Shown here in pieces: positions 20,772-31,638 of a DNA stretch of 64,000 nucleotides (position 1 is its first letter; every line of letters begins with the position of its first letter). Location of the stretch: contig OY781113.1 of assembly GCA_963676455.1 (NCBI GenBank), positions 571,136-635,135 of the forward strand. The letters run 5' to 3'. Under the pieces are notes generated by a model, which saw only the letters and a program-made list of their open reading frames with translations, had not been told where the DNA came from and did not search any database. The stretch comes from an uncultured Draconibacterium sp. Its GTDB lineage: Bacteria; Bacteroidota; Bacteroidia; Bacteroidales; Prolixibacteraceae. A program made the position numbers and the translations under genes.

Positions 20772-22181
20772 CTACTCTGCTCTACGTGCCAGCTCAATCA
20801 TTTGAATTACTTCTTCTGCAGCAACTTCATCTTTGCCTTCAAAACCTTCAAGCTTAAAGCGTATTCTACTCTTGTCGTCAATAATAAATTTAGCAGGGAT
20901 ACCTTTTGCTTTGAAAGCAGTGACAGCAGGAGGAGTCATATTATCAGGATCTATGGCATCTATAAATAAATCGAAATCATAATTTCGTTTGCTTAGGAAC
21001 TCCTTAGCGGTTGTTAAAGGAGCCGCTACGTTTTCCCAAGTATCAATAAATAGAACCTTAACATCAGGATCATTTGAATAATGGTCAACAACCATCTGCA
21101 TGGCAGGAAAGGATGCTACACACGGGCCACACCAGGTAGCCCAAAAATCCAATACAATAGTTTTTCCCTTAAAATCAGCCAGGGTCACCTTTTTACCGTT
21201 CACATCTGTCACATAAAAGTTAGGTGCTGGCTCATTTACCATTAAGGGTTTTACTTGGTCTTGAATTGTATTTTTGAATCCTTCTTGTAATGAAGCAACA
21301 AAAGCGTCGACATCTTTACCTGGATTTAATTTTTGGTAACCCACTTTAACCAGATCGATGTATCTCTTTTCGTTTTGGCCTTCCTTTATTGCATTGATCA
21401 AAACAGGCAGCGCTTCCTCGTAATTTCCATCTAATGATGATGATAAAAAGGCATAGTTCAAAATAAGTTCACCATCTTTATTTTCGATGTTCTTGTATGC
21501 CTCTTTGGTATATTTATAAGCTTCCTCATTTTTTCCTGCCTTGAAGAGAAGTTTGCCATACATATTGATATAATTATTGTATGTAAATATGGGATCTAAC
21601 TTTAGCGATTTGTACAAGGCTGGCTCACTCTTCATCTTTTCCGCATCTTTTAAATGTTTGGTGGCAATATCCAAAGCCTGATCGATATCTATTGGCTCCA
21701 TTAACTCAATATTCATAGTTATAGCCGCTACCCGATAAACCGGATCTTCCATTGAATTAATGTATTCCATTACTTTTGTGCCATTAGGTACTTCAGCATA
21801 AGACATGGCTACTATGTTTCTTGCCATATCCATGTTCACATCGGGATATTCATCACTGATCGATTTAAAGTGAGCCTCTGTTTCTTCTGGACCTCCCTCT
21901 ATGTCAATAAAAAACATCACTATTGCCATACTTGTCTCATCGCTTTGCGGATATTTCTTACTGAGAATTTTTGTTATTTCACTACGTTTTACGGTATCTT
22001 TTGCATAATATTGGACTAATACCAGTAGATCCTCTGCTGTACCATTCTTTAAGTCACTTATTTTTTGCTGTAGCGTAGCCTCATTTTTTTCGTTTAGTAG
22101 AGATGCTAGTTTAGATTCGGCGTTCTGTGCTAGAACGCTGAATGTACCAAGCATTAATATGACAAAAAATACTTTTTTCAT
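20772..22181 (-). CDS. TlpA thioredoxin with N-terminal helical/TPR-like region
   Basis: Signal peptide; VLDFWATWCGPCVASFP; GIPAKFIID. Confidence 0.9.
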   Translation of the reverse strand: MKKVFFVILMLGTFSVLAQNAESKLASLLNEKNEATLQQKISDLKNGTAEDLLVLVQYYAKDTVKRSEITKILSKKYPQSDETSMAIVMFFIDIEGGPEETEAHFKSISDEYPDVNMDMARNIVAMSYAEVPNGTKVMEYINSMEDPVYRVAAITMNIELMEPIDIDQALDIATKHLKDAEKMKSEPALYKSLKLDPIFTYNNYINMYGKLLFKAGKNEEAYKYTKEAYKNIENKDGELILNYAFLSSSLDGNYEEALPVLINAIKEGQNEKRYIDLVKVGYQKLNPGKDVDAFVASLQEGFKNTIQDQVKPLMVNEPAPNFYVTDVNGKKVTLADFKGKTIVLDFWATWCGPCVASFPAMQMVVDHYSNDPDVKVLFIDTWENVAAPLTTAKEFLSKRNYDFDLFIDAIDPDNMTPPAVTAFKAKGIPAKFIIDDKSRIRFKLEGFEGKDEVAAEEVIQMIELARRAE

Positions 22182-22243
22182 CGATTTTAAAATTTATTAT
22201 ACAGTTAAATAAAAGGGAAACCGTATCTTTTTTCTGTTAATAG

Positions 22244-23542
22244 TTATTGAGCTTGATGTGCCTTTACGATTTCTACCATAGCCTTTAACTTATAATATTC
22301 TCTATCGGTAGAACCTGCATAAGAAATAGAATAAAACCGGATATTGCCCTTAGTATCGAAAACTATTTTATTTGGCGTTGCAGCTACCTCATATGTTTCG
22401 TTATCCTCATCATGTAATACATCCAGAGAAATCCCTTTTTTGGCTATAAAGCTTTTAACTGTTTCCTGCTCTTCAAATATATCGATAACAAAAAGTTGGA
22501 AAGGCTCATTTTTATATTCAGAAACAACACGTTCAAATCCGGGAAAAGAAGCTACACAAGGCGTACACATGGTGGTCCAAAAGTCGATAACAAGAATTTT
22601 TCCTTTATAATCACTAAAGTTTATGGTATTACCATTCAAGTCTGGTAAGGAAATATCATATGCATGCTTAGTAGCATTAAAAATAGTAAATGTTTTATCA
22701 CTATCACTAGGGTCTGGGACTACACCTTGAAATGGTATCGTGCTTTCTGCTATGTACAGTTTTTCAACTTCTTTGTATTCCTTTTCATAAGCCTCTTCCT
22801 GTAAATCTGTAATTAATTTATCGGCTCCTTTATCGCTCTCGTGTACTTTTATATAAATCTTTCTTAGAGTCTGAATCAATTTAGGATTTGAGTCTGCATT
22901 CCGAACTGCATTAACGAGCGTATCTAATGCCTCTTTGTCCTCACCTGCTGCTGATAAAACAATAGCGTATCGGTTATAGTAATTGGCTTTAGAATCCTTA
23001 AAATATTTTATTTCCCTGGCTCCATCCTTAATATCTGATGACTTTTTAATATTTTTTAAAGCCACATCAACGTTTCCTAATTCAGCATTAGCCATGGCAT
23101 TTACCTCTAGTAACACCTGTAATTGAAAAATGCTTATTACATCTTCATCATTATCTTTTTTCTCAATATCGTTTATAAGACCTGCTGAAATTTCTTCAAC
23201 AATATTTAAGTATTTTTTATCTTCCACCAAATCTTGTAAAACATAGGTTAAATTAATCAAACCTACACTTGACATTTCAGGAACTGTTTGCATATAATAT
23301 CTGTATTTTTCAACATTTCCCTTAGCTAACCAATTAGATGCTATAGATTCACGAATTACGTTATACAGTTTAGTATTGGATTCATCCTCAGCTTCTTCCT
23401 GAAGCATTTTATTAAAATACACCTCCTGATCTTCTACTTTTACAATCAAATTAAAATCCTCATAGTTGTACTTTTTAATTGCATCCTGTTGTGCCCAGCT
23501 TGAACAGCTTATCATTAAAAGACAGATTAATAGTTTATTCAT
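22244..23542 (-). CDS. TlpA-like thioredoxin with helical/TPR-like N-terminus and atypical CTPC motif
   Basis: Signal peptide; VIDFWTTMCTPCVASFPG; ATPNKIVFD. Confidence 0.85.
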   Translation of the reverse strand: MNKLLICLLMISCSSWAQQDAIKKYNYEDFNLIVKVEDQEVYFNKMLQEEAEDESNTKLYNVIRESIASNWLAKGNVEKYRYYMQTVPEMSSVGLINLTYVLQDLVEDKKYLNIVEEISAGLINDIEKKDNDEDVISIFQLQVLLEVNAMANAELGNVDVALKNIKKSSDIKDGAREIKYFKDSKANYYNRYAIVLSAAGEDKEALDTLVNAVRNADSNPKLIQTLRKIYIKVHESDKGADKLITDLQEEAYEKEYKEVEKLYIAESTIPFQGVVPDPSDSDKTFTIFNATKHAYDISLPDLNGNTINFSDYKGKILVIDFWTTMCTPCVASFPGFERVVSEYKNEPFQLFVIDIFEEQETVKSFIAKKGISLDVLHDEDNETYEVAATPNKIVFDTKGNIRFYSISYAGSTDREYYKLKAMVEIVKAHQAQ

Positions 23543-23558
23543 AGTATTTTTATTTTGT

Positions 23559-24656
23559 TTATTTAATTAATTCTGCAAGCCTTTGTTGTAACGCCTGCCC
23601 TTTTAAGCCTCTCCCTATAATTTTTCCATTTTTGTCTATAAGAAAATTATCTGGAATAACGCTTACTCCATAAAGTTTTGCTGCTTCATTACCAGCCCCT
23701 TTTAAATCACTGACTTGTTTCCATGGCAGACTATCTTCCTTTATCGCTTTTAACCAAGCTTCTTTATCAGAATCTAGAGATACAGCTAGAATTGTAAAAT
23801 TTTTATCTTTGAATTTATTATATGCATTAAGAACGTTTGGATTTTCTGCCCTGCAGGGGGCGCACCAACTTGCCCAAAAATCCAAAAGCAAATACTTGCC
23901 CTTGTAGGATGCAAGTGATACGGGGTTGCCTTCTGGGTCATTCATGGTAAAGTCTGCTGCGATTATTTCTCCAGACTCAAACTTCTTTGCCTCATTCAAT
24001 CGTGGTTTCAAAGCAACAATTTTTGGCGTATTTTTCATTCTATCGCTTAACGTCTCATACATTGGCTCAACTATATTTAGGTTTATTGCACCTCCTGTTG
24101 TAAACAAATCCATAAGATCAACGCTAACATAACTGTCAGGATGACTTTTAATAAAATCTGCAACCAAATTCTCATAAAATGCCATTGTAATTTGATCATC
24201 TTTTAGGGCTTTGGATTTCGTTTCACTCATCTTAGCATATGCTTGCCAAGTTTTCTGCTCAGTACCTCCACCTGAATAAGACGCTATACCAGTAGAATCA
24301 AAAGAGATATCAATAGTTCCATCTAAATAAATTAGGGCCACATTTTTCATCGTTGAACCATCCTGCTCAATTTGGGAACTATCTATATCCTTCTTTGTAA
24401 GAGCTATTAGATTCAGTTCTGCCAATTGTGGTCTGCCAATTGTTCCTTTAAATTCAAATTTCCCATTTTTAATGGCAATAGTATCTGACTTGTAAGCTTC
24501 GCCTTTATCATTTTCAGGATATGATATTACAACTATATCTGCTTTTGTATTTGATGAAATTTTACCTTTTATAGTATATTCCACCCCGATAGAATCATTA
24601 TGTTTGCAAGCGGAAATTAGACTTGTAAACAATAGTAATAACAAATATTTCCTCAT
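23559..24656 (-). CDS. DUF4369-TlpA thioredoxin lipoprotein
   Basis: Lipobox ISAC; DTIAIKNGKFEFKG N-domain; LLDFWASWCAPCRAENP. Confidence 0.9.
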   Translation of the reverse strand: MRKYLLLLLFTSLISACKHNDSIGVEYTIKGKISSNTKADIVVISYPENDKGEAYKSDTIAIKNGKFEFKGTIGRPQLAELNLIALTKKDIDSSQIEQDGSTMKNVALIYLDGTIDISFDSTGIASYSGGGTEQKTWQAYAKMSETKSKALKDDQITMAFYENLVADFIKSHPDSYVSVDLMDLFTTGGAINLNIVEPMYETLSDRMKNTPKIVALKPRLNEAKKFESGEIIAADFTMNDPEGNPVSLASYKGKYLLLDFWASWCAPCRAENPNVLNAYNKFKDKNFTILAVSLDSDKEAWLKAIKEDSLPWKQVSDLKGAGNEAAKLYGVSVIPDNFLIDKNGKIIGRGLKGQALQQRLAELIK

Positions 24657-24664
24657 AATTTTAT

Positions 24665-26116
24665 CTAATCATTTTCAATTAGATTGGGGTTTTGTGAAGT
24701 AACTACCCCTCCAAATCTTAATACCAATCTTTCTGGAGTTAGTGTATAACTTTCCAATAAGTCACCTTCGGAATTATATTTATTATGTGTATAATTCACC
24801 AGGTTATTATAATCTGGATCTACAGATAATCTTCTCATATCAAACCATCTATACCCGCTTAATGGAAACTCTCTAATACGTTCTTCAAAAATAAATTTCA
24901 CTAAATTGTTTTGATTTGATGCAACTTCTGTTGGAACAGACGCGTCGCTTACAGGCATTCTTTTAGATCTAAAATTTTCAAGTGAGGTAGTTGCTTCTTC
25001 CAAAAATCCTAAACGTGCATTCGCCTCAATTATTAATAAATAAACGTCTGGTAAATATACTCCTGCTTGTTGCTGTAATGGACCAACTTTTCTTAACATG
25101 CCGTTAGGGTAATAAGGGGAAAAACCAAAAAACTCAGCATCGGAGAAAAAATTCAACCTTAAATCGGAATCATTATACAAATTTGCTGTTTCTGTACTTA
25201 TTACAAATTCATTATTTATAAATGCCCACGAATTAAAAACAGACCTGTCATACATTACTTCTGTATTATTTTTTGATAAAATGGATGCAGGACCAAAAAA
25301 AGGATCTATTGGTGTAAATACACCTTCATCTAAAAGTTCTAAATTATAATCATAAAGATTTACATTAATTTCAGAGCTTTGCGCATAGGTTAATGCTTGC
25401 TTAAGGTGAACTAATGCACTATCATATTTATGCTGAAACATTAATATTTTACCTAGCAAACCTTCTGCTGCTGCTTTAGATGCTCTATGCCTGCTACTAA
25501 CCGATTCTGGAAGATTGGGTAGTGCGCTTTCTATATCCTCGATAATGAAGTTATAAACTTCTTCCACTGTATTTCTAGTGAAGTTGGTTGAAGTTATATT
25601 TGAATATGTAACGATAGGAAGTCCTAAATCTGAACTAGCTGTAGACGCATCGTATGGCTTTCCATAATAATTTATAAGCATAAAATAATTAAAAGCTCTT
25701 CCTAAACGAGCTTCTGCTTCAAGCTTTTGCTTTTCTGAATCAGTTCCACCATTGGAGTCACTCACTTCATTAATTATTTTATTATAAACATACAAGGATG
25801 CCATTAATGGCTCAAGCTCTTGTGAATTTTGATCTGGATTATAAATATCGGCCTTCCACTGAAATGTTCTGCGAGGTCTTAGTTCAATAGTTGAATAAAA
25901 TGGATCGATAGCTGCCACTTCATCTCCCATTGGAACAGTAATATTAGACAACTCTCTTAATGAAGGATCTTCTAATAACAAATCATAATCTTCAGTATTT
26001 TGTGCTATTAAATTCCCTTTGGGAATCACTTCTAAAAAATCTTCACTACACGCAACCATTGATGCAGCAAGTAATGAAAAAACAAATAACCTTATGTGAA
26101 ATATTTTAATATTCAT
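24665..26116 (-). CDS. susD: RagB/SusD-family nutrient-binding lipoprotein
   Basis: Lipobox MVAC-SEDFLEVIPKG; EARLGRAFNYF; YLLIIEANAR; ERIREF...RWFDMRR. Confidence 0.92.
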   Translation of the reverse strand: MNIKIFHIRLFVFSLLAASMVACSEDFLEVIPKGNLIAQNTEDYDLLLEDPSLRELSNITVPMGDEVAAIDPFYSTIELRPRRTFQWKADIYNPDQNSQELEPLMASLYVYNKIINEVSDSNGGTDSEKQKLEAEARLGRAFNYFMLINYYGKPYDASTASSDLGLPIVTYSNITSTNFTRNTVEEVYNFIIEDIESALPNLPESVSSRHRASKAAAEGLLGKILMFQHKYDSALVHLKQALTYAQSSEINVNLYDYNLELLDEGVFTPIDPFFGPASILSKNNTEVMYDRSVFNSWAFINNEFVISTETANLYNDSDLRLNFFSDAEFFGFSPYYPNGMLRKVGPLQQQAGVYLPDVYLLIIEANARLGFLEEATTSLENFRSKRMPVSDASVPTEVASNQNNLVKFIFEERIREFPLSGYRWFDMRRLSVDPDYNNLVNYTHNKYNSEGDLLESYTLTPERLVLRFGGVVTSQNPNLIEND

Positions 26117-28063
26117 GAGTAACTATTTTTGTAATTATTAAAAGGATAAATGAACACCTAAAGCAATGCTTCCTTGATTTCTTTTAATATTTCTTTGACC
26201 AGTACCATAATAGGTGTATTGAAATTCTGGATCGATGCCAGATTTATTAGCTTTCCATAGCATTAAATTTGATACTGATAATCTGAAAGTTAAACCATCT
26301 ATCTTAAGTTTATCTAACACATTTTTGGGAATTCCGTAAGACAATGTAATGTCTCTTAATTTAATATAGGAAGCGTTTAATACATTTGTATTTCCTTTCA
26401 TATAATAATAGGTATCTCTGGTATTTCCAGTAAAAGTTCCTGAAGGATCATAAGAAGGAATATCTGTAATCAATTCGTCACCCGGCTTCTTCCACCTGTT
26501 TACAAAATCACTATGAGGAACATCTTCTAAAAGTGATGAGTAATTTGAATTTACATCCTTTCTCATCACATGGCCTAAATTGTATACCGTATTTATACTT
26601 AAATTAAAGTCTTTATATCTAAAAGAATTAGAGAAACCACCACTCCAAATTGGTTGCGATGTTCCCATATATATAACATCTTCTGCCGAAGTAACATTTG
26701 GCTCTTTAGTTATTGTACCATCACTTAAACGGATTAAAGGATCTCCTTCACCATCCAACCCTTGGTAGTCGTAGGCAAAGATGGCAAAAGCTGGATAGCC
26801 TTTTAAGTATGCCAAATTCACTTTTTGAGCTCCTGTTGTTACATCACCCGGTAATAATAATTCAGTAATTTTGTTTTTATTGTAAGCCATGGTAAACAAA
26901 GTAGTCCAACCAAAATCTTCATTTTGAACATTAATTGTTTTCAATGTTAACTCAAAACCTTTATTTTCCATAGAACCAAAATTCCCAATAGCTGATGGAA
27001 ACCCTGAAAACACATTAAGCGGTAATTGGCCCAACAGATTATCTGTATTTTTCTTATATATATCTAAATAAGCTGTTATTACATTAAGCAATCCAAAATC
27101 AACACCAAGATTTAAAGTTTTGGTACTTTCCCATTTTAAATTTGGGTTACCAGGTGTTTGAATAGTTAATGGGATGATGTTTCCGGTTAAACTATAACCT
27201 GTTTGTGGCCTTAAAATATCATATGATGAAGATGTCCCTGGTGTAGGCGCGTTACCCGTAATACCATATGTTCCTCTTAATGTCAGAAAATTAAGGGGTG
27301 TGACATTTTCAAAAAATGTCTCTCTCCCGATGTTCCACTTACCACCAACACTCCATGTTGGCTTATTTTGTGCTGATTTATCTAATCCGAACAAATTACT
27401 CTTATCCCGTCTCCAACTTCCATTAATGGTATATTTCCTATTTAAGGTATAGCCTGCATTCATATAGTAAGAAGTAAATCGACTTAAAACTTCAGATCGA
27501 GTAAAGGAGTCATCTGGTAAAAAACTTTGGTTCCCAGCGTTTGGCATTACCGGGTTATCGATTCCATTATTTTTTAATGTAGCATAATCTACAGATAAAT
27601 AGGTCTGTAATAACGGATTATAACCACGAACTGTTGTATTTGTAATTTCGGTTAATTGTTCTTGTGCTTCTTGTCCTAATATTACATTAACTTGATGCTT
27701 ACTATCATCCCAACTTTTATCGAATGATAGTTGATTTCTTACGGTATAATTTCTATTAGAAATGTTGCTTTCACTGTATTTGCCTCCGGTTTCGGGTAGA
27801 TAATAAATAGGAGTGGCATCTGGTGAATCTGCAACGGTAAACTGGGCTAATTCACTTCGTACACTATAGCTTTCATCACTTGTGTAATTGGAAACCTTAT
27901 TAGAACCTTGAGTGTAGCTATAAGTACCATTAAACGTAATTCCCCACATAAGAACCTCCGAAATAGATTTAAACTAAAGTTATCTATTCCTCCAGCCCTG
28001 ATTAAATCCTTTTGCTAACGTAGAGGGGAGCCCTGATTAAAAGTCTTGCTATATTTGGAACAG

Positions 28064-28265
28064 GCTCTTTGTGTAACCGATTTTTAAAATGGTGCTTTTA
28101 AAGCCCGTGCGTAATTCTGGTTGAAATGTAAAAAGCCCCTGAAGAGCATTTCAAGGGCCTGTTGATAAATCCAGTGGTGGCACTGACGATTAATGCCAGC
28201 GACCCCGTTCAGAATATTTTTCGACTCAAAGATACATTTCCTTAGGGCTTTTTACTGATTAATTC
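28064..28265 (+). ncRNA. Putative IS110 bridge RNA (boundaries approximate)
   Basis: Lies in the left non-coding end downstream of a TATATTTG -7-like element (28050-28057). Contains stems (TTGAAATG/CATTTCAA, GCCC/GGGC) and matches to both junctions: CGTAATTC at 28110-28117 and TCAGAATATT at 28209-28218. Confidence 0.5.
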
Positions 28266-28272
28266 TAAAATT

Positions 28273-29652
28273 ATGGCAAGGAAAAAGAAAATTGAAATGG
28301 ACATCGTCAACCATTATGCAGCAGGAATCGATGTGGGGAGCAAGTCTCATTTTGTTGCAGTAGGGCAGGCCCTGGACGATGTAAAAGAATTTGGCGTATA
28401 TGCCGAGGATTTGATTGAACTATGCCAATGGTTGTTGTCATTCGGAATCACAACGGTAGCAATGGAATCGACAGGTGACTATTGGCAAAACCTCTATGTA
28501 GAATTGCAAAAACATGGCATTGAAGTAATCCTGTGCAATGGAAAATTTACAAAACATGCCAAAGGGAAAAAGACCGATGTAAAAGACAGTCGATGGATTC
28601 AGAAACTACATTCACTGGGATTATTATCTGGCAGCTTTTTGCCTGACAAAACCACTGAAATACTTCGCACTTATTGCCGTCAAAGGGCAAATTGGATCGA
28701 GCAGGCAGCAAGCGCATCTCATAAAATGCAGAAGTACTTAAAACTTCTGAACTTTCGATTGGATGTTGTCGTAAATGATGTGTGTGGACTTACAGGTCTG
28801 AACATTATCCAGGACATTTGCAATGGAAACCTCGACCCATTTTTATTAGCAGAACACAGACATTACAATTGCAGGAAACCAAAACAGGAAATAGCAAAAG
28901 CACTACATGGAAACAACCGCGAGGATTACCTGTTTGGCCTCAGACAAGAGTTCGACAGCTACAGGTTTTTCCAAAGAAAAATGAAAGCATGCGACAAAGA
29001 AATTGAGCGGCTAATCAAAAATGAAATAAAAAAGTCACCCGAAAAGAAAAAACTTAAAACCACTGAAAAACCATACAAGAAAATCAACAAAAATGCCGTT
29101 GACATTAAGAATTTTAACCAAATTGCTTTCCAGTACTTTGGGGGAACCGACTTAATGGCTGTTGAAGGAGTAAGCCATGCTACGGTTATGGCAATAATGA
29201 GCGAAATAGGAATCGATGGTTTTAAAAAGTTTAAATCCGCAAAACAGTTTTGCTCCTGGTTACGACTGGCCCCAAACAATAAAATATCAGGAGGGAGAAT
29301 CCTGAGCAACAAAATCCCAAAAGGAAGCAACCGACTAAAAATAGCATTACGTCATTCTGCAAATGCAATTGGAAATTTAAAAGATACACACCTGTCTGAC
29401 TTTTTTCGCAGAATAGCTTTCAGAAAAGGAAGACAGTCGGCAGTTTCTGCCACCGCCAGAAAACTGGCAACAATTATCTGGACAATGATTGTGAAAAATG
29501 TACCCTATAATCCTCCCTCCCAATACCTGTTCCTCGACCAAAAAAGAAAGATGGGAATAGCAAAAAGAATTAAAAAACAAATCGCTAAATTTGACATAAA
29601 ACCCAATGAAATTGGACTTGGTAACTCATTGAGCCCCAACTACAATTTTTAA
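28273..29652 (+). CDS. IS110-family DEDD recombinase/transposase
   Basis: GIDVGSK (D), AMESTG (E), KTDVKD (DD) RuvC-like domain; C-terminal Tnp20 domain with RLAPNNKISGG catalytic-Ser motif. Confidence 0.95.
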   Translation: MARKKKIEMDIVNHYAAGIDVGSKSHFVAVGQALDDVKEFGVYAEDLIELCQWLLSFGITTVAMESTGDYWQNLYVELQKHGIEVILCNGKFTKHAKGKKTDVKDSRWIQKLHSLGLLSGSFLPDKTTEILRTYCRQRANWIEQAASASHKMQKYLKLLNFRLDVVVNDVCGLTGLNIIQDICNGNLDPFLLAEHRHYNCRKPKQEIAKALHGNNREDYLFGLRQEFDSYRFFQRKMKACDKEIERLIKNEIKKSPEKKKLKTTEKPYKKINKNAVDIKNFNQIAFQYFGGTDLMAVEGVSHATVMAIMSEIGIDGFKKFKSAKQFCSWLRLAPNNKISGGRILSNKIPKGSNRLKIALRHSANAIGNLKDTHLSDFFRRIAFRKGRQSAVSATARKLATIIWTMIVKNVPYNPPSQYLFLDQKRKMGIAKRIKKQIAKFDIKPNEIGLGNSLSPNYNF

Positions 29653-31511
29653 CGTTAGTCAGAATATTATCAAAAACATCAATAATCACCCCTCCAATTA
29701 AACGAGTGTTAAAAGCTTCTGAAGTTTCATCTGAAAAATTTCTTTCATCTAAAGGGTTATAATTCAAATCAATTCTGGATCTTGCTTCAAAATCTGCCCT
29801 AACATCTTCTGTTAGCATCCCCATAAAAGGAATTGAAATATTGTTACCATTATCGTCTCTAAATAATTGATATGGAAAAAAGCTATTGGTAATACTTAAA
29901 TTATTCTTAGTAAGGGATTTTGTTTTTGTGAAATCGGTAATCAAGAAAGACCTAATTTTGTTATTAAATTTAAAATCTTGTCTTACATTTAATTTATAAA
30001 GTTCATCAGTATCCCCAGGTCTATCTGATTTTGTATCAGTATATGCCATAGATGCGTAAGCTGAATGCTTTTCACCACCAAATGAAAGTGATAAAGTATG
30101 ATTTGTTTGCATGGCTTTCCGATACCATAATTTCTTAATTTGATCTCTATTATTGATATTCGATAAACTATCCAGCCTGGCATTTGCAACATTACTAGAT
30201 ATAACACCTCGATATTCGTCATAAAGCGTTTGTAAATGTGGAGGGGTACCGCTAGCGTCAAAAAAATAAGCGTTTAATTCATTATAAGAGTTAGATTCCG
30301 GATCAAAAACTTCTTTTGCTGCATTAATCAATTCTGAGCTATTCAGATATGGTTGATAATCCAAATCTGGACGACCTTGAATATTAGTAAAAGCATCATA
30401 CTCAATCTTCAATTCACTATTGTTTTCAGCCTTTTTTGTGGTGATTACAATAACACCATTTGCTGCTCTAGCCCCCCAGATAGATGAAGCAGTTGCATCC
30501 TTTAAAACCGTAACATCCTCTATATCTTGTGGATTTATATAAGAAATGTTATTGTTTGGAATCCCATCTACAACGAATAAAGGATTTCTATTTGTACCTG
30601 TACCTGTAGCTATATTATCGTCTGAATTAAATGTCCCAATACTTGTTAAACCTCTAATTAAATAAGGATTAGAAGCTGCATCCGGAGAATTATTAATAGT
30701 CAATCCAGCAACCAATCCATCTAGTTTTTGAACTATATTCATTGAGAAGTTTCTTTCTTTAGCTATTGTTAGATCTGGCTTAGAAAAAGACCCGGAACTA
30801 CGCTCTTTTGAGAGCTTTTGGTAACCAGTTGAAACGATCTCAACAGCTTCAAGTTCTGTAACATCTTCTTCTAATATAACATCTATATTTGTTTTATCAC
30901 CTACTAAAACTTCTTTAAACTTAAACCCCAAAGACTTGAAAACAAGTATATTTTCACGCGATGGAACTGTTATTTTATAATTCCCGTCATAATCTGATAT
31001 AACGCCTGTCGTAGTTCCCTTAATAAATATAACTGCACTACCAATAGGTAGCCCATTTGCATCTGTTACCTTTCCAGAAACTTGAATTTTTTGTTGAGTG
31101 TTTCTACTTTTAACTATAATTTTATTATCTGTTGATATTACAGTATAAAAATCATTTGAAGAAAGACTGCTTTTCAAAAGCTCATCTACGCTAATTGTAC
31201 CTTTTTGTAATTGTACTTTTGGTGCATCCTTAAATAAATCTTGCGGATAAATAAAACGGTAATCCGTTTGTGTCTTGATAATATCAAAAACATCTTCAAC
31301 CGTTACTTCTTTATCGGTATCAATTTTAACCTTGTTTTGAGCGAAACTGTTTTCAGGTTTCAACGAAAAAGCCGTTGTGCAGAATAAAATAATAAAGGTT
31401 TTAATAATCAATAATCGCAACCGTTTTTGCATGAGATAACGGCCTGTGCTAAATTTAATTTCCATAAATTTGCTTTGTTTTTATTAGACAATTGTTTGAT
31501 AAATACTATCT

Positions 31512-31561
31512 AAAGAGACGAAGTTGAGTCATCGCCAAATGTTTGACTTCGCTCTCTTTTT
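31512..31561 (-). terminator. Hairpin between fecR and susC (terminator/attenuator-like)
   Basis: AAAGAG-ACGAAGT...ACTTCG-CTCTCTTTT imperfect inverted repeat in the 5' leader of susC. Confidence 0.55.
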
Positions 31562-31638
31562 ATGTTTTTATAATAAAATCATTTTACTCTTTCGTAGAAA
31601 AATCTTAAAATCATAATTTCTAAATTTCAATTTATAGT

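Larger units (their letters stand above)
27941..29665 (+). mobile_element. IS110-family element (1725 bp) with a long left non-coding end
   Basis: Boundaries are inferred from in-frame reconstruction of susC. A shared AAT core is present at both junctions (27938-27940 and 29663-29665). No terminal IRs; ~330-bp non-coding region upstream of the transposase. Confidence 0.88.
26138..31465 (-). pseudogene. susC: SusC/RagA TonB-dependent transporter with N-terminal STN signalling domain, interrupted by IS110 (reconstructs to 1200 aa)
   Basis: The N-part (29666-31465) has STN, carboxypeptidase-like and plug (PLFVVDG, KDATASSIWGARAANGVIVITTK) domains. The C-part (26138-27940) ends in GVHLSF. Removing 27941-29665 joins ..DVFDNI-TFNGTY.. 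in frame (1800+1803 nt). Confidence 0.92.

Noticed and set aside
27941-29668. Alternative IS110 boundaries (27944-29668, restoring DVFDGITF; or ATT/TT cores)
   Set aside because: The first is in frame but leaves no shared core. ATT or TT cores give a frameshift and an immediate stop in susC. The AAT core satisfies both criteria.
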